The notes: generated by a model not told the origin, from the letters alone. 63,396 nucleotides of DNA, filler included, from Cercozoa sp. M6MM (GCA_040357565.1; 12 parts of 12 records of this genome joined end to end with filler, not necessarily neighbours in it), one strand, 5' to 3'; counted from the whole stretch's first letter, positions 41,767-57,031 are shown. Program-made: numbers and translations.

Positions 41767-42369
41767 TTTTTTTGGACGTGTCCCGCCTGCGACTCGACTT
41801 GCTCGTGTGCCACGTGCCAACGCAAGCGTGGCGTCAACGTGCGCAAGCGTGCCAAGCCAGGTACCTCGGCACGCGCTCGTCGCAAGCGCCAACGTCAGCT
41901 GCACACTCTCATCTCAGTATCCTCACACGACAGTTTGGTGCTTTCGCTTTTGTTTTTAAAGGCGCTGTGGTTGTGTAGAATTCGAACAACGACTTGATGC
42001 TCTCGATGCTTGCTGGCACGGCAAGCAACTCGCACAGTCGCGACTCGCATGGTGCTTGAGGCTTCCTATCACCTATCTGTCTTAGTTTATATGACTGCTT
42101 TCACAGAGATGATGCGAATGCTGAATCTGCCAGCCGAAACGTCAATGTCTTCGCTCATGCCGTCTGCGTTGATGCAGAACCTCGAACCCGCACAAGCACC
42201 GCTTAACCTCGACAATGTAAACGTTGGCGTGCCCCTCCCCAGTGCAAACGAGCAACCGAACGCGACGCCGCCTCCTGCGCAAGAACTACTCCACCCTCAG
42301 CTGTCCATTCAACAGGAACTGCAGCAACAAGACGAAAAGGTTCGAGAGCATACAGGCCTAACGCAGTGA
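41767..42369 (+). CDS. zf-4CXXC_R1 (CDCA7-type zinc finger) protein, 3' part
   Basis: A frame missing from the ORF track reads WTCPACDSTCSCATCQRKRG, matching WxCPxCxxxCxCxxCxxxxG. Confidence 0.7.
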
Positions 42370-42560
42370 GAGCGGTCGGGTACCATAAGCTGGGTTACTT
42401 TTTAACGTACACTGTAACTTACTCAACGCGACGCAACGCAACGCAACGCTAGTACCGTACCTACTACGTACTGCAGTATATTAACGTAGGGTAACGTAAT
42501 TTAACGTCGTATACTACCGTGCCTCCGACTATCGCGCTGACGTAATTGAATGTGTGTCAC

Positions 42561-44126
42561 TCAGTTGATAAGATTGTCAAAAAGAGGTGCGGCTGCCAAA
42601 ACGTTTGCCTTCACAGCAGCTAGAGTGACACCCGAGCAGCTAAAGTCAACAAAAACTTAGGTAGACAGAGTGCTGCCCAAGAAAATAAAGAAGGATACGC
42701 GACATGATCCTCTGCATCGAACTGCGGTTCCTTGTCGACGCAGCCTGATGGCAGTCGATTCGGTGTCACCTGTTGCACAACACAGCACGTGCAAGCAGAG
42801 CAAAAAGAGAGCAGAAAGACATGCTGTGTTGTACCACGAGTACATGCGTGTTTCGCGTGAATGGCGAAATAATAATGCGGAATCGCTCGTTGCTCGCAGA
42901 GAAACCGTTCACCTGTCGAGCAATGTCAGTGTGAAATACGACACGACGAGCATGTTCGACTTACAGAGTGACCCATGCCCATGCGCAAGCAGGACAGCTT
43001 GAACTGCTTCACGATGTTGCTGATCTTCTCGAACCGGTGAGCGTCCTTGTGCTTGCGACGCGAGTGTCGTGCCACAACCAAAAACGTCGCTCTCTCGAAC
43101 AGAACGACTTCAGTTGCTCGGCATGCCTGCAAGATCAAGCTAACAAAGAAAACCGGGTGGCAGACCCGGAGCGACAAGATGCACCTCACAAAGTGTGCCG
43201 AGTGCGTCCTCAAGATCCTCGACATTTGGAATCAATGCACGCACGATCTGTGACCACGCCAGGTACAGTGTCTCGTCCCTACATATATGCCAACAACTAC
43301 AGCGCAGTCAAGCACGTGCGTGTACCAAATTGAGGTGCCAAAAATCAGCGCCGAACGAAGTCGCTCCTCATGTCGCTGTGTGCGGTGTGCGATGGCATCG
43401 GAGTACCTCGCTTCACACATACACTACAATACGAAAAAAAGACGAAAACCAAAGAAAACGAACACGCACCAAAGAGACGTTCGCGCTCAAGTTGCGACGG
43501 GGCGAGGTCCATCTTGTGCACAAAAACAAAGATGTGCGCATCCGGACTGTCGGACCAAACTCACACAGAGTGAAGCAATTTAAAAATACTTGAGAGTGCA
43601 AGCACCTATAGTCAGCGAGTGCTGCCAGACACGTGTCGAAATACTGCAGATCCTTCGCGTTGTCGGCACTTCGGATGTCGAACACAAACACGAGCACCGA
43701 CACGTTGCGGAAGATGTGATCTCTGCAAAGACACAGCTTTTTGATCCATGGAATCTAGCAATCATTCGAGATAATGTGTACCGCTGTGAGTGGAAGTAAT
43801 TCTCCATGAAGCGATCTTGACCACCACAGTCCCATAAATTCAGCACGAGCTTGCCCAGAAAGCGCACATTTGAGTTCTCTACGTCCACTGCAGCACAAGA
43901 CACAATATGTGATTTGGGTTTTCGCGTGTTATGTGCTGCCTACAGGTAGGGCCAAGTCGCGAAGTGTCGCGTGCACGAAAGTTCGCAAAAATCATCGAAC
44001 GAATTGATGTCTTGCCGCTGCCGCTGCGACCCTGCCAGAGAGCAAAGCTAGGATTTCTCACCGACACACAAAATATTGACGTACCAGCAGGAGAACTTTC
44101 TGCTTGGCAGGGTTGTTTGTGGCCAT
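42561..44126 (-). CDS. RRAGA: Rag GTPase RagA/B (Gtr1)
   Basis: KVLLL|[33 protein letters not shown] and [17 protein letters not shown]. Confidence 0.96.
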
Positions 44127-44369
44127 TGCACTAAAGCCAAGAACTTCAGACCGATTAAGTGCTTGGTGTGCACAGTACAGGAAAGAGCGGACGAGGTTTG
44201 AAGTTGATCGCCTCCTTAAAAAAACACGTTGCCAAGCCGACTCCCTTAGAGTCTGTGGTTGTAGAGGAATCGACTTCGTCCCTCTGTTTGTTGAGCAGCG
44301 TTTGCGCTAGCAGAAACGCCACAATATGTTTGTACGTTCGCAAGTGTTAGTCTTTGATTTCTAGAGAAG

Positions 44370-45112
44370 ATGCAGCAGTTTGCTGTACTCCACCGATAAA
44401 AAGGAATATAAGTTGAAGTGCATCGTTGCTCGCTTTTTGTGTCGATTTCCACGGACTTCGTTTCTTTCTCAGGTGTCCGCGCGGATAGCGCAGCAGACGC
44501 AACGTCGCAGGTTTTTAAAGTATATTTCTTCGCCTTTGACCAAGGTCGGTGACGTTGTCTCTGTGCCGCATGACAAGTCGGGCGTCGATGTACTGCATGA
44601 CCCGATGTACCACCGTTTCTTGCTTTCACTCATTCCTGTCACCCAACTCGACTCAAGTCAACTAACTTAACTCAGCTTAACTCAACTTGACTCGTGTTTT
44701 TGCAGGTACAACAAGGGCACATCATTCACGACGTCGGAGCGCGATCGACTTGGTCTGCGCGGCCTCGTTCCACCGCGTTACCGTGATCCGGAAGTTGCGG
44801 TAGCAATGCTCCTTGTTTCTAAAGCATTGGTCCCCAGTGTACATATATGCATTTTTGTGTGCAGGCACGCCGTGTCATGAAGCGCTACAGCAAGATCACG
44901 AATGACACAACCAAGCACTTGTTCTTGAGCAACCTGCGTGATCGCAATGAGGTAGCAATGTGTCTCCTGTTGTTCTTTTCTAGTGTATCCTTTCACTCTC
45001 ATGTATCCTCTGAGTGTATCTCTCTCTCTCTCTCCAGGTGTTGTTCTACCGCGTACTGTCGAAGCACTTGGAAGACATGGCTCCGATTATTTACACGCCG
45101 ACTGTTGGCCAG

Positions 45113-45166
<54 letters not shown>

Positions 45167-45176
45167 NNNNNNNNNN

Positions 45177-45225
<49 letters not shown>

Positions 45226-46690
45226 CCTCTGTACTTTATATGCATGTCTTTGTGCAGGCGTGTCTGGACTACAGTGACCACTTCCGTCGGCACAGAGGCA
45301 TGTTCTTCTCGGCTAGCGATCGCGGACAGATGCACGCCATGGTGAGCAACTGGCCCATCGACGACGTGCGCATTATTGTCGTCACAGACGGCTCGCGCGT
45401 ACTCGGTCTCGGTGACCTCGGTGCTAACGGCATGGGCATCTCCATCGGCAAACTCTCGCTCTACACAGCCGCTGCCGGTATTCACTTTTCACAGACGTTG
45501 CCGGTCGTCATCGATGCCGGCACCGACAACTCGGCTCTGGTAGGGTTGTCTCCCCTTCCCTCCCCTTCTGGTGTACAGACCAGTGTGACCGCAGTTGAAC
45601 GACCCCTTCTACATTGGTCTTCCGCAACGACGTGTGCGAGGCCCTGGTACCCTTACCCCTTCCTGTTCAGTCTATCTTACCTTCTCACTCCTTAAACGAA
45701 CAGAGTTTTACGCGCTCGTCGACGAGTTCATTTCTGCCGTTGTAAGTCCTATGTGTGCTGACGCCTGTTTCTGTACTCTGATCCGTCCGCGCGGATAGGT
45801 GAGTCGCTGGCCGGACGTCCTGGTGCAGTTCGAGGATTTTTCGAACGAGCACGCGCTGCCTTTGCTCGAGAAGTACCAGGTGCATTCTTATCCCCATACC
45901 CATATCCATATATATATATATATATATATAATCTTTGTAATGTGATATGGGGTTAGCACAAGATCCTGTGCTTCAATGACGATATCCAAGGCACCGGTAC
46001 GATGAACCTCGCCGGTGTGCTCGGTGCTTTGCGCGTGATTGGACACAAAGACCCGGCCAAGGTACCGCATGTGCTTTTCTGTGTTTGGTGTATGGGTGCT
46101 TAGTATGCATTGCACCTACACATACAGGCTCTGGGTGAGCAACGCATCGTGGTGGCCGGTGCTGGTACTGCTGGTCTCGGTGTCGTCAACAGCATGGTCT
46201 ACGGCATGCGACAGGCCGGTGCGTTGCTTTCCTGGGTGTTTATGTTGTTGGATGGACAGAACATTTTGTGTCTAGGCATGTCTTACGAGGACGCAATCAA
46301 GCGCTTCTGGCTGGTCGATGCTGACGTATGTTTCCACTGGTCCATGTCTGTACTTAGGGTACTTCAAGAAAAAGAGGCAAGTTTGCATGTGTGTTTAGGG
46401 CCTCCTGCGCTCTTGTCGTGACGGCCTCTCGGAGGCGCAGAAACCGTTCGCACGCGACGACGTCGAAGCTGACGGTACTGCATAACTCAGGATGTACCAG
46501 AGGCACGACAACACTGGTTAAATTCCTGTCGCTGTGTTGCAGGTCCCGTGTCTCTGCTCGAGACGGTGAAGCAAGTGAAACCGACGGTGCTGCTCGGTCT
46601 CAGTGGTGTCGGCGGTCTCTTTAGCGACCAAGTGCTGCATGAGGTATGCTGCTGCCACCTCAATCTTGTCCACCCTGTCTTCTCTCTCTT

Positions 46691-46749
<59 letters not shown>

Positions 46750-47349
46750 GCTTGTGTATACAGATGTCCAAGCACTGCGAGCGGCCGTGTATTTTCCCGC
46801 TGTCGAATCCGACCAGCAACGCCGAGTGCACGGCTGAAGCGGCGTTCCGCTGCAGCGAGGGTCGCGCCGTGTTTGCATCGGGCTCGCCCTTTGACCCAGT
46901 CGTCATGAGTCACAGTACTTCTCAGTCCAGTTTCTACCCAGTCCCAGTCCACTCGCAGTGTTTGACTGGTGGTGTGCGCAGATGGCGGAGTCGAGCAGAC
47001 ACACCTGCCGAACCAAGCGAACAACATGTACACCTTCCCGGGCATTGGCCTGGGTGCCATCGCGTGCAAGGCCAAGCACGTGACGCCCTCGATGCTCTTC
47101 AAGGCTGCCGAGGCACTCGCGCAGTCTGTCACGGACGCCGAGCTGGCTGAGGGACGCATCTTCCCGCACCTCCAGCGTATTCGCAAGGTGAGCGAGAACA
47201 TCGCCGTCGCCGTCATGAAGCAGGCCATGAAGGAAGACCTCAACCGCGTGCCGATGCCTCAGCAGGAAAACAAGCTGCGCGAGCTGCTGCACCGCGAGCA
47301 CATCTGGGAGCCCGGTTACGCCCAGATGGTGCGACCGAGTCCTTCTTAA
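44370..47349 (+). CDS. Malic enzyme (probably mitochondrial NAD-dependent)
   Basis: [63 protein letters not shown] and [15 protein letters not shown]. Arg-rich N-terminus. Confidence 0.97.
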
Positions 47350-47862
47350 CTTTGAGTTTCAGTTCAAACCACAAACGATTTTCGTTCGCGAACGGTCGCA
47401 TACAGTTAATGCAGTACTAGCAACTGTAGTACAACACAACACTAGTACACGTGATCGGCAGTTTTTAAGGACTCAGTGTTCTTGTTTAGTCGAAATTGTT
47501 CAGCTGTGACTCTACTTGGCACCACATTGTGTGCCCACGTGTGCCACAGGTGTGTAGACCGTGTGTGCAGACGCGAAGTGCTGTACACGCAGCGGTGTTG
47601 TCGTTGAGTGCCCAATCAAAAAAGGATCACTGAGTGGGCCAGTATTAAGCGAGCGTCTGGCACTCCGGCGGCATGGAGAAGTCGCGTGAGATGGCAGGTC
47701 GTCTCCGACGACGGCTCGGTCTGAGTCATGACGACAAGGAGTCTCCCGCACTGAGGTGCAGTNNNNNNNNNNNNNNNNNNNNNNNNNNNNNNNNNNNNNN
47801 NNNNNNTTAATTAATTAANNNNNNNNNNNNNNNNNNNNNNNNNNNNNNNNNNNNNNNNNNNN

Positions 47863-47903
<41 letters not shown>

Positions 47904-47929
47904 CAAAAGGCAAAGACAAGAGAAAATAC

Positions 47930-48644
47930 CCTTGACCCTGGTGAAGCTCAAGGAAGCACTCGAGGCACAGAGGCAACACCGAGACCTCCTACAGACCAGG
48001 GCACAATGACAGTTGTTCGCGAGTGCGTAACAAAAAGCAAACGGCTACACAAGGCACGCGCGACAGCTCCGCAAGCGCGCTGAAGTACATGTAGTTGGCC
48101 GAGTTGATCTGACTCACACGAATTGACTTTTTATGCCTGGTGGAAGCAAGACAGACAAACAGTGTACTGTGGCACCAATGCCGAACTTGGTATGTGCCGT
48201 CGGAATTCCTCTTCTCAAAGGCGAATCATCTTCCCTACACACTCACAGACACGCCTGTCAACGCAGCTTTTGGACAAGAGCCAAAAACAGAATACACATC
48301 ATCCACGAGTAGTGAGGCGACGTGGAGGGTATCGACGAACTTCGCAACGCGCTCACAGTGCTCTGGCGAGGCTCCGGCCCACCAGTTGAGCGCCTGGATC
48401 ACGATGTCTCGGACGCGAGAACCTGCAAGCGTGTCAGCGCGTAAACACCTCTGTTGCACAGAGACAGCGCGACGGTAGAACAGGTATACCACCTGCGCCA
48501 CTCATGTAATCGAAGGGTTGTACGACCTACAAGAACATATGAAGAACGTATGCAAGCCGACAAGACAAAACAAAACTCGGCATTCGGTACCCTTTCGTGA
48601 AAACGCAAACGATAGCTTGCTGCTTCTGGATAAGGATAGCTCAT
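47930..48644 (-). CDS. GGPS1: Geranylgeranyl diphosphate synthase, 5' part
   Basis: LHVASLLVDDV|EDDSPLRRGIPTAH..INSANYMYF..ELHQGQG. Confidence 0.92.
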
Positions 48645-48929
48645 GTCTGACAGTGTTCGAAAGTAACACGCGTGTGCACACACTGGCTGTGTTTCATTTT
48701 TGGAATGGCCAATGAACAACATTTTCTCTTGTCGATCTTTCTTGTTGTTTTGCCATTTAACTGCACGTGCTAACCACGTCCGAGCGGAACATTAGGTTTT
48801 GACTCAAAAACAAAGACGTCTGGTTGCAAGTCTCATGCCCCCGCCCGCGCGGAAACACTATGGGTCACTGGACGCGTCGACTAAATTTGCAGCGAAATCG
48901 CTCTTAAGCATTTAAGAGTGCAAAAGCCA

Positions 48930-51061
48930 ATGCAGCGTGCAGCTTCGGTGTCTGCGAAGCAAATCTACAAACCCCGTAAGTAAAGTTTGCAGATATCCCG
49001 GATGTAAATTTAGCTTTTCTCTGGAAAAGATTGGTGCTGTCAGTTGTGTGGGTGGGCGGTGCATTTGGGATCGCGGGAGTCTTTTGGTTTGCTCAACAAG
49101 CACGTAACCGGCGTGCGGCGAGCGCTGCAACACGACTTGAAAGATCGTCATCTGTGCGCAGTGTGGTTCCTGGTATTGTTCTATATAGCGTCAGTTTACA
49201 GCCAGCCTGAAGCACACGAACTAAAAAAAGTTGTGCTTTATAGCAGAGACAGCTCCCCCGATAAAACAGAAAGTTGACGTCAGCGAGTTTCAACTTCCGT
49301 TGGAATACGAAAGCGGCGCGCATTTCGATTGGAGAGTTGCTCCTTACTCGAACGAGTCACTAATGTCACAAACTGTGACCGCAGCCACGTACAACGAGCT
49401 CAAAGATGAAAAGACGTCGCAGGCGGGCTGGACGCTGAAACAGGCAATGCGACCTGGAGTTGAACTCCCCAGCACGAAGATTGGACTCTACGCAGGCGAT
49501 GCCGATTCGTACTGGCGCTTCCAAGCCGTGTTTTTCCCCATCATCAGGGCTTGTCAGCATGGCTACGATCCGCTGACGCGCGAACATCGCTCTGACATGA
49601 ACGAATCGGTACCGAGACAGAACTTTTGCTTATTCTACTTTGCGGTTTTGCGGCTAAGGAACAACTGAAACTACATGCAGAAAATATTCCATCAACTGAA
49701 AGACGAGAAGCTCGCTGAATATTTGTTGTCGATTCGAATGCGCGCGGCTCGAAACATCTCTGGTCTGAACCTGGTACATGCAAAGTTCAGTTCCAACCTG
49801 TAGGATGTACTTTCTGTCTTGGATGTGTTTATCGACAGGTTCCAGCTCAAACAAAACAGCAGCTAGAAGAAGTCGAAAGCATTGCGAAAAACTGCTTCAA
49901 AAAGTTTCCTGCCGGAACTTATACTTCGTACTCACAGATAGAAGAGGGCGAAACGTCGAGCCTTCTTGAAGCTCGGGTGCTGTTCCCAAAGGACGATCCT
50001 TTTTTGAAAACTACCGGCGCAGGAAAGACATGGCCGACTGGTCGCGGCGTCTTCCGTACGACAGACGATTCCCTCATTTGTTGGTAATTTTCGTGTGCTT
50101 AAGTTTCTTAATATTGTCAGCTGATTTCCGTTTCAACCACTGATAGGAATGAACATTTAAGTATGCCATAAATATAAACTTAGGGTTGGTGAAGAGGATT
50201 CAATGAAACTCATTTCGATGGAGCGTGGTACCGATTTTGCGGGTGCGTTCGCGCGATTAGTTCGCGGCATCAAACTTCTTGAAATCGGCCTCCAAGAGCA
50301 GAACAAGAATTTTGAGGTACATAATTCCAAGTCTTCCCCTGTAGATAGAGGAGTGCTGCGCTGGATTTAAAACTGAAATTGATCCTAGTTCGATAAAAAC
50401 TTGGGCTACATCAACACCTGTCCCGCGAACTTGGGTACCCGCCTCCTAAATTACCCGAGCGTGAGCGTTGTCACCTTTAGCCTGGTGAACTAAAACTTAA
50501 ATGGTATGGTGACGCGTAGGCACCGGTCTTCGAGTGAGCGTTCATCTCAAGTTGCCGATACTGAGCAAGCAACCAACGTTTGGTAGCTTATAATTCCCCC
50601 CGTAGGATGAATCTGATCTGGGGGGGGGGGGCGACGGGGGTTCTTGTCTGCTAATTGTGAACAGAGAAGGCGTGTGGCATCCTTGGCTTGGAAGTTCGTC
50701 GATTTGAAAGCGACCCTGGCGTCGTTGAGGTATATTTACGTCACATACATCCACCCTGTTTTTGCACTGTTCGGTAATTTACGAATTTTTACTCAACTTT
50801 TTATCGGATACTGTAAGTTTAGGTGTCCAACAAATTCCAATTGGGTTACACTGAAGTCGAACTTGTTAATACTGTCATTCGTGGTACCCAGAAACCCATG
50901 AATGTGTCCTTGTTATGATTTTATGTTAAGTTTACTTTAGGTGTCGAAAATCTAATTCTGATGGTACTTTCGCTGCTTTGGTTGCATATTTTAGTTGTAG
51001 GATACATAAAATTGATAGGAGGAAGATTTCGCCGCCAAACCCGTTGGAGAACATGATGTCG
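48930..51061 (+). CDS. ATP:guanido phosphotransferase (phosphagen kinase) with an N-terminal hydrophobic segment (3' truncated)
   Basis: IGLYAGDADSY, SIRMRAARNI, WPTGRGVF, W|VGEED and LGYINTCPANLG|TGLRVSVHLKLP. Confidence 0.88.
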
Positions 51062-51116
51062 GTCAGTTGCAGTCATTTCCTCTGTGTCATATATTGCCGG
51101 TCTGTGTTCATAATAC

Positions 51117-51157
<41 letters not shown>

Positions 51158-51257
51158 NNNNNNNNNNNNNNNNNNNNNNNNNNNNNNNNNNNNNNNNNNN
51201 NTTAATTAATTAANNNNNNNNNNNNNNNNNNNNNNNNNNNNNNNNNNNNNNNNNNNN

Positions 51258-52435
<1,178 letters not shown>

Positions 52436-53084
52436 TCTCGCAAATGCCGGCGTTCGGCTAGGCCTGACAACTCAACTCGGCTGGGGCTGATAATGAGAAA
52501 GATAAGTTTCACTTAGATACACGACAGTACCAAGTAGTTAAGCTGACCTGTACGACAGACTGCTGCGCCTTTGTCATGCGTAAGCTTCGTATCGCGAGCA
52601 CAACGCTCAAACGAATACTAAACTTACGTATCGTATACGTATACAGGAAGGTATACAGCCAGCCTGAAGCCAGGTGAAATCGGTGGTAAAACAGGGGGGG
52701 GGGGTAAATTACACTGAAGGGATACTGTATTTTTGAGCAATATAGCCCATTGCGTTAAAGGGATAAATAGTCTACGGTGCAGCCGCGCCAGCGCTAGCGC
52801 AATGCGGAGTCATCCAAGTGACAGAGATACAGTAGAAGAGCTGATCAGGTGAATAGTACGTAATATGATAAAACTGAACATTGACGGCAATTACTGGAAT
52901 GCAATGAAGTTGAACCCAGGAAAGTAGATTAAATAAAACGCAACGTCAGGTGCACTTTGTGCGGTCGCGATTGCGACCGAGTTAGTTCAAGGAAGGAAGG
53001 GTTCGAACGAGAGCCCAGTCGGGCTACAACGACAACGGGGAGGTGCAGAGTGCAAATACAGGCCGTACTCTGCCTCCAGTCAGT

Positions 53085-54424
53085 TTAGAAGTGCTTGCGT
53101 TTTTCGACCACAAGCTCGACGTGAGCCTGTATGAGTTGATGCGCACTGGCGGCGGAGAGTTCGCCGTTCTCTTGCGCCTTGAGAATGACGGCGACCTGGC
53201 TGACCAGTGCGCCGTCTTGTTGCGACGGGAGTCGCGTGTACCTGCAGATGCCACACAGCACATACACACACACAGAGTCAAGTAGTGACACACACACACA
53301 CACACACGCGCGCGCGCAGTAGAGGCAGAGTGCGCGTGAAGTGAGATGGTTGGTTGTGTACCGCATGGGCGGCACAGAAGTCGTTGGCAGTGCCTCTGCC
53401 AAGAGGAGGTACTCTACAGACAGACACGGTCAATATAAAGGTATGACGGGAAGGAGAAGGAAGGAAGGAAAGACAAGAAGGGAAGAGACAAAGAGACATA
53501 GAGAGAAAGAGAAAGAGAGAAAGAGAAAGAGAGAAAGAGAAAGAGAGAAAGAGACAGAGAGAAAGAGAGAAAGAGAGAAAGACAGCTACCGCGCCACTGC
53601 GCGAGCACGGCTGCATGCTCGGCAACGAGTGTGCCGATGCGACGGTAAGTCATCGCGAGCTGCTGGCGGTGCAGCACCAGACCAGCAGCGTGTTGGGCAG
53701 CGCGCTTGCCCAGCGCGCGCTGCACACCGCCCGACTGCTCGTCAGCAGCTGCGGTGCTGGAGTGCAAGACGGCCAGTCTGGCGGCCTTGCGGCGGCGGCG
53801 GCGGAACACGCGGGCAGAAAGTCGCGCCACGCCGCGTTTCAGGATCTTCGGGATCGCTTTGGGATTCTGTCCCACCAAACGATTACAGGTACAGTAAAAC
53901 TGAGATTGACACAAAAACAAAACAAAACAATTGTACACTCCTCTAAACAAGCAACAACACAGCACACGAGGTGTCACCAACCATGTGGGCACTAGTGTGT
54001 GTACCATCGCTTTGTCGGTACGGTAGGTAGAGGACAAAAAGTGTTTTCTCAGAATTGGTGATCGATCGGTGCTCAAACGATCCCGGTCCAGCACGAAACC
54101 GTGCAGCTCGACGAGTGTGCCACCATTTTGGCGTTTTACGTGTACACTGCTCTTAACGTAGTCTAGAGCAGTGCATTCGTACCGCACACACAAAATACAA
54201 AGTGCTGGCTGTCCAAGCCGAACTAAGACGCAGTGTGGCGTGAGAAAAGCCCGAAAACAACAACCATCGGTCCGGGCCCTGTGGCACACGTTTTGAGGAA
54301 TTTCTCGCTGTGGAGTGCCCCAGGAGGCACGTGCTTTGGCAGATGGCACGTGGCACAGGTTCCACGCCCAGCGACGGACCCTCGGCCTCGTTCCTTAGGA
54401 TCCTGCGATTGATCACAATTTCTG
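53085..54424 (-). CDS. Hypothetical protein, 3' part
   Basis: Exon-like segments separated by GT-AG introns that carry CT and TG repeats. No recognised family. Confidence 0.45.
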
Positions 54425-54524
54425 NNNNNNNNNNNNNNNNNNNNNNNNNNNNNNNNNNNNNNNNNNNNTTAATTAATTAANNNNNNNNNNNNNNNNNNNN
54501 NNNNNNNNNNNNNNNNNNNNNNNN

Positions 54525-54574
<50 letters not shown>

Positions 54575-54576
54575 CA

Positions 54577-55551
54577 CCTTCGGCAACAAGAATCGGCCGC
54601 GTGGTCCAGCTGCGAGTCACTGACTCCACTGCCTCCTCGGCCTGTATTTATATATATATATATATATCTATATATCTATATTTATATTTATATATATATA
54701 GGTACAATATAGATACCATAGACAGAGATAGGTATATATGTTAGATATACCCGATGCTGCGCGAGTGTGCGCATGCGACCGCGGCGACTGTGCACGCGAA
54801 AGAACTGCGAGGCGAGACTCTCCAGGTTGCTGATACAGATGGGTGTATAGTATACACATAGATAATATTTACATACTTACGTATACATGTACATATATTG
54901 TAGCATGTTAGATTGCAGATACACAGGGCGCTCCTCGTGAAGTGCGAGTAGCAGCAGCGCAAACTGGACCTTGTTACTGCACACACCCCTTTACCCCCTC
55001 CCCCATTTACCCCTTATTTACCTCCCTAGATAGGACAAGGCACGGTGAATCATCCTCCAAGCGTCGAATCACGGCATCCACCACGGCGTCTTCTCTCTCG
55101 TTGTCCTGGGGAAGGGACGGGTACAAGGGCGGTAAAGGAGGGATAACAGCAAAGAAGGGGGTCAAAGGGTCAGAGGGGGGGGGCAAAGCAGGCACACCCG
55201 CGAGCACAGTCGCACAAAGGCATCGACGGTGTCGATAGCCTCGCCACCACCTGCAGTCACACCAGTCCCAGTCCCAGTTGGACCCGTGTAGACAGGAAAC
55301 GCCAGTCGGTCCAGTGACCCAACCGTCTCCAACTGCAGGTGCACCAGTGCCAGGTCGTAGTCGATGTCCGGCCCTTCACCGGCAGCACCAACGCTCCGTT
55401 GCTGCAGTGTGCGCAGACTGCCCAGCAGTGCGCGACCGCGCCGCCGTGCAGCTGCCACCAAAACACCGGCACGTGCCGGTACCTGCTGTCGCGACACACT
55501 GCGATCCGCTTGCACGTCGGCGATCAGCCGGCTCAGGAAGGCCCCCGCCAT
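54577..55551 (-). CDS. Hypothetical protein, 5' part
   Basis: Long first exon from the ATG at 55551 plus short downstream exons; divergent from YIPF6. Confidence 0.5.
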
Positions 55552-55781
55552 CGAGCCGGAAACCCGGGAAAGTTACACCCCGCCGCGATCGACGCCTAGT
55601 AGCACCCCACTATACGGAAAAGCCTTGTCTAAAGCCGATGAGCTCCTTTGTTACACTAAATTTGCACTGTCTTGGCTGCTCGCGATACCGGCTCCAATCG
55701 AGTTGATGTCATCGCGCCAACGACAAGCAGCTTAGTTAGGCGTGTGAGTGTGCTGGTGGTTGCAAACGGAAACCACGGCAC

Positions 55782-56469
55782 ATGATCCAGACTCAGGAGT
55801 TTTCTGCTCAGGAAGAGCAATATGCCACGTTGGACGAGCCGGTGTCGGCGACGATTGTACCCTTATTTCCTGTCCGATGCGATGCGGTCGAGACTGCAGT
55901 AAGCTTTGTCGCGTTGAATTAGCTGCGCGATCTGAGGCGGATTGGCGTGCGGTTACGTGCCGTTCTTCTGGCGGTAGCATAGCTATACCTGTATTTGTGG
56001 GTGTGAGTAGTGTGTGTGTTTGTCTGTGCAGGGCTACCTTCCAAGTGACACGCGACATCAGTTGCGCAGTTGGTAGTCCTGGGCGTTTCTTGCGTGTGTG
56101 TGTGTGTGCGTTTTGCTGGTGGGTAGACACTTGGTGCTGTCGCAGGGACCTGTGGGGCCCGCTGCTGCTGTGCCTGCTGCTGGCCATCTCGCTGTCCTGG
56201 TCGCAGGCCGATGCCGATCAGAAGGCACTCGTGTTTGCTGCTGTCTTTGTGATCGTAGGCTGCTCTTGCTTTCTTACCCCATGCTGTTGCACTCGTTGTT
56301 TGTATCCTGCTGTGTACCCCTGGTGTGTGTGGGTGTGGGTGTGTACAGGTGTGGGTCGGAGCAGCCGTGGTGACACTGAATGCGCAGTTGCTGGGAGGCA
56401 GATTGTAGTCCACTCTTTGCTTGTTCTTGTTGTGTATGGTGTGTGTGTGTATGGTGTGTGTGTGTGTAT

Positions 56470-56552
<83 letters not shown>

Positions 56553-57031
56553 TCACTAACGCAGATCCTTCTTTCACTCGGTGTCGGCGCTGGGCTACTG
56601 CGTGGCTCCGCTCGTTCTCGCCAGTTGTCTGTACAGTCAGACACACCTATATCCATATCTATATTCGTTTTTTAATATCTATGTATTCCTTTATATGTGT
56701 ATATATATAATGTCCTTTGATGTGTGCAGGTGTTGGCTCAGTGACTCCAAGTTCTTCCGAACGCCAGTTGTCACCGTCGGCTTCCTGTGGGCTACGGTAC
56801 TCTCCAATAGAGTTCTTCCCTGAATTTAAAACAATATATAAATATATATATATATATATCGCTAGGTATAGATGTGGGTCTGTGTGGATGGGTCTGTGTG
56901 GATGTGTCTGTGCTCAGAGGGCCTCGCAGGCCTTTGTGCGGCACTCGCTGCCGAAATCACGGCGCGCACTCGCCGTGTTCCCCGTTGCGCTGTTCTACGC
57001 CTTCCTGTCCTTCATGGTGCTCGTGCAGTAA
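55782..57031 (+). CDS. YIPF6: Yip1-family protein YIPF6/Yip4
   Basis: TLDEPVSATI|LRDL, W|DLWGPLLLC, VWVGAAVVTLNAQLLGG, SFFHSVSALGYCVAP and RRALAVFPVALFY. Confidence 0.93.
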
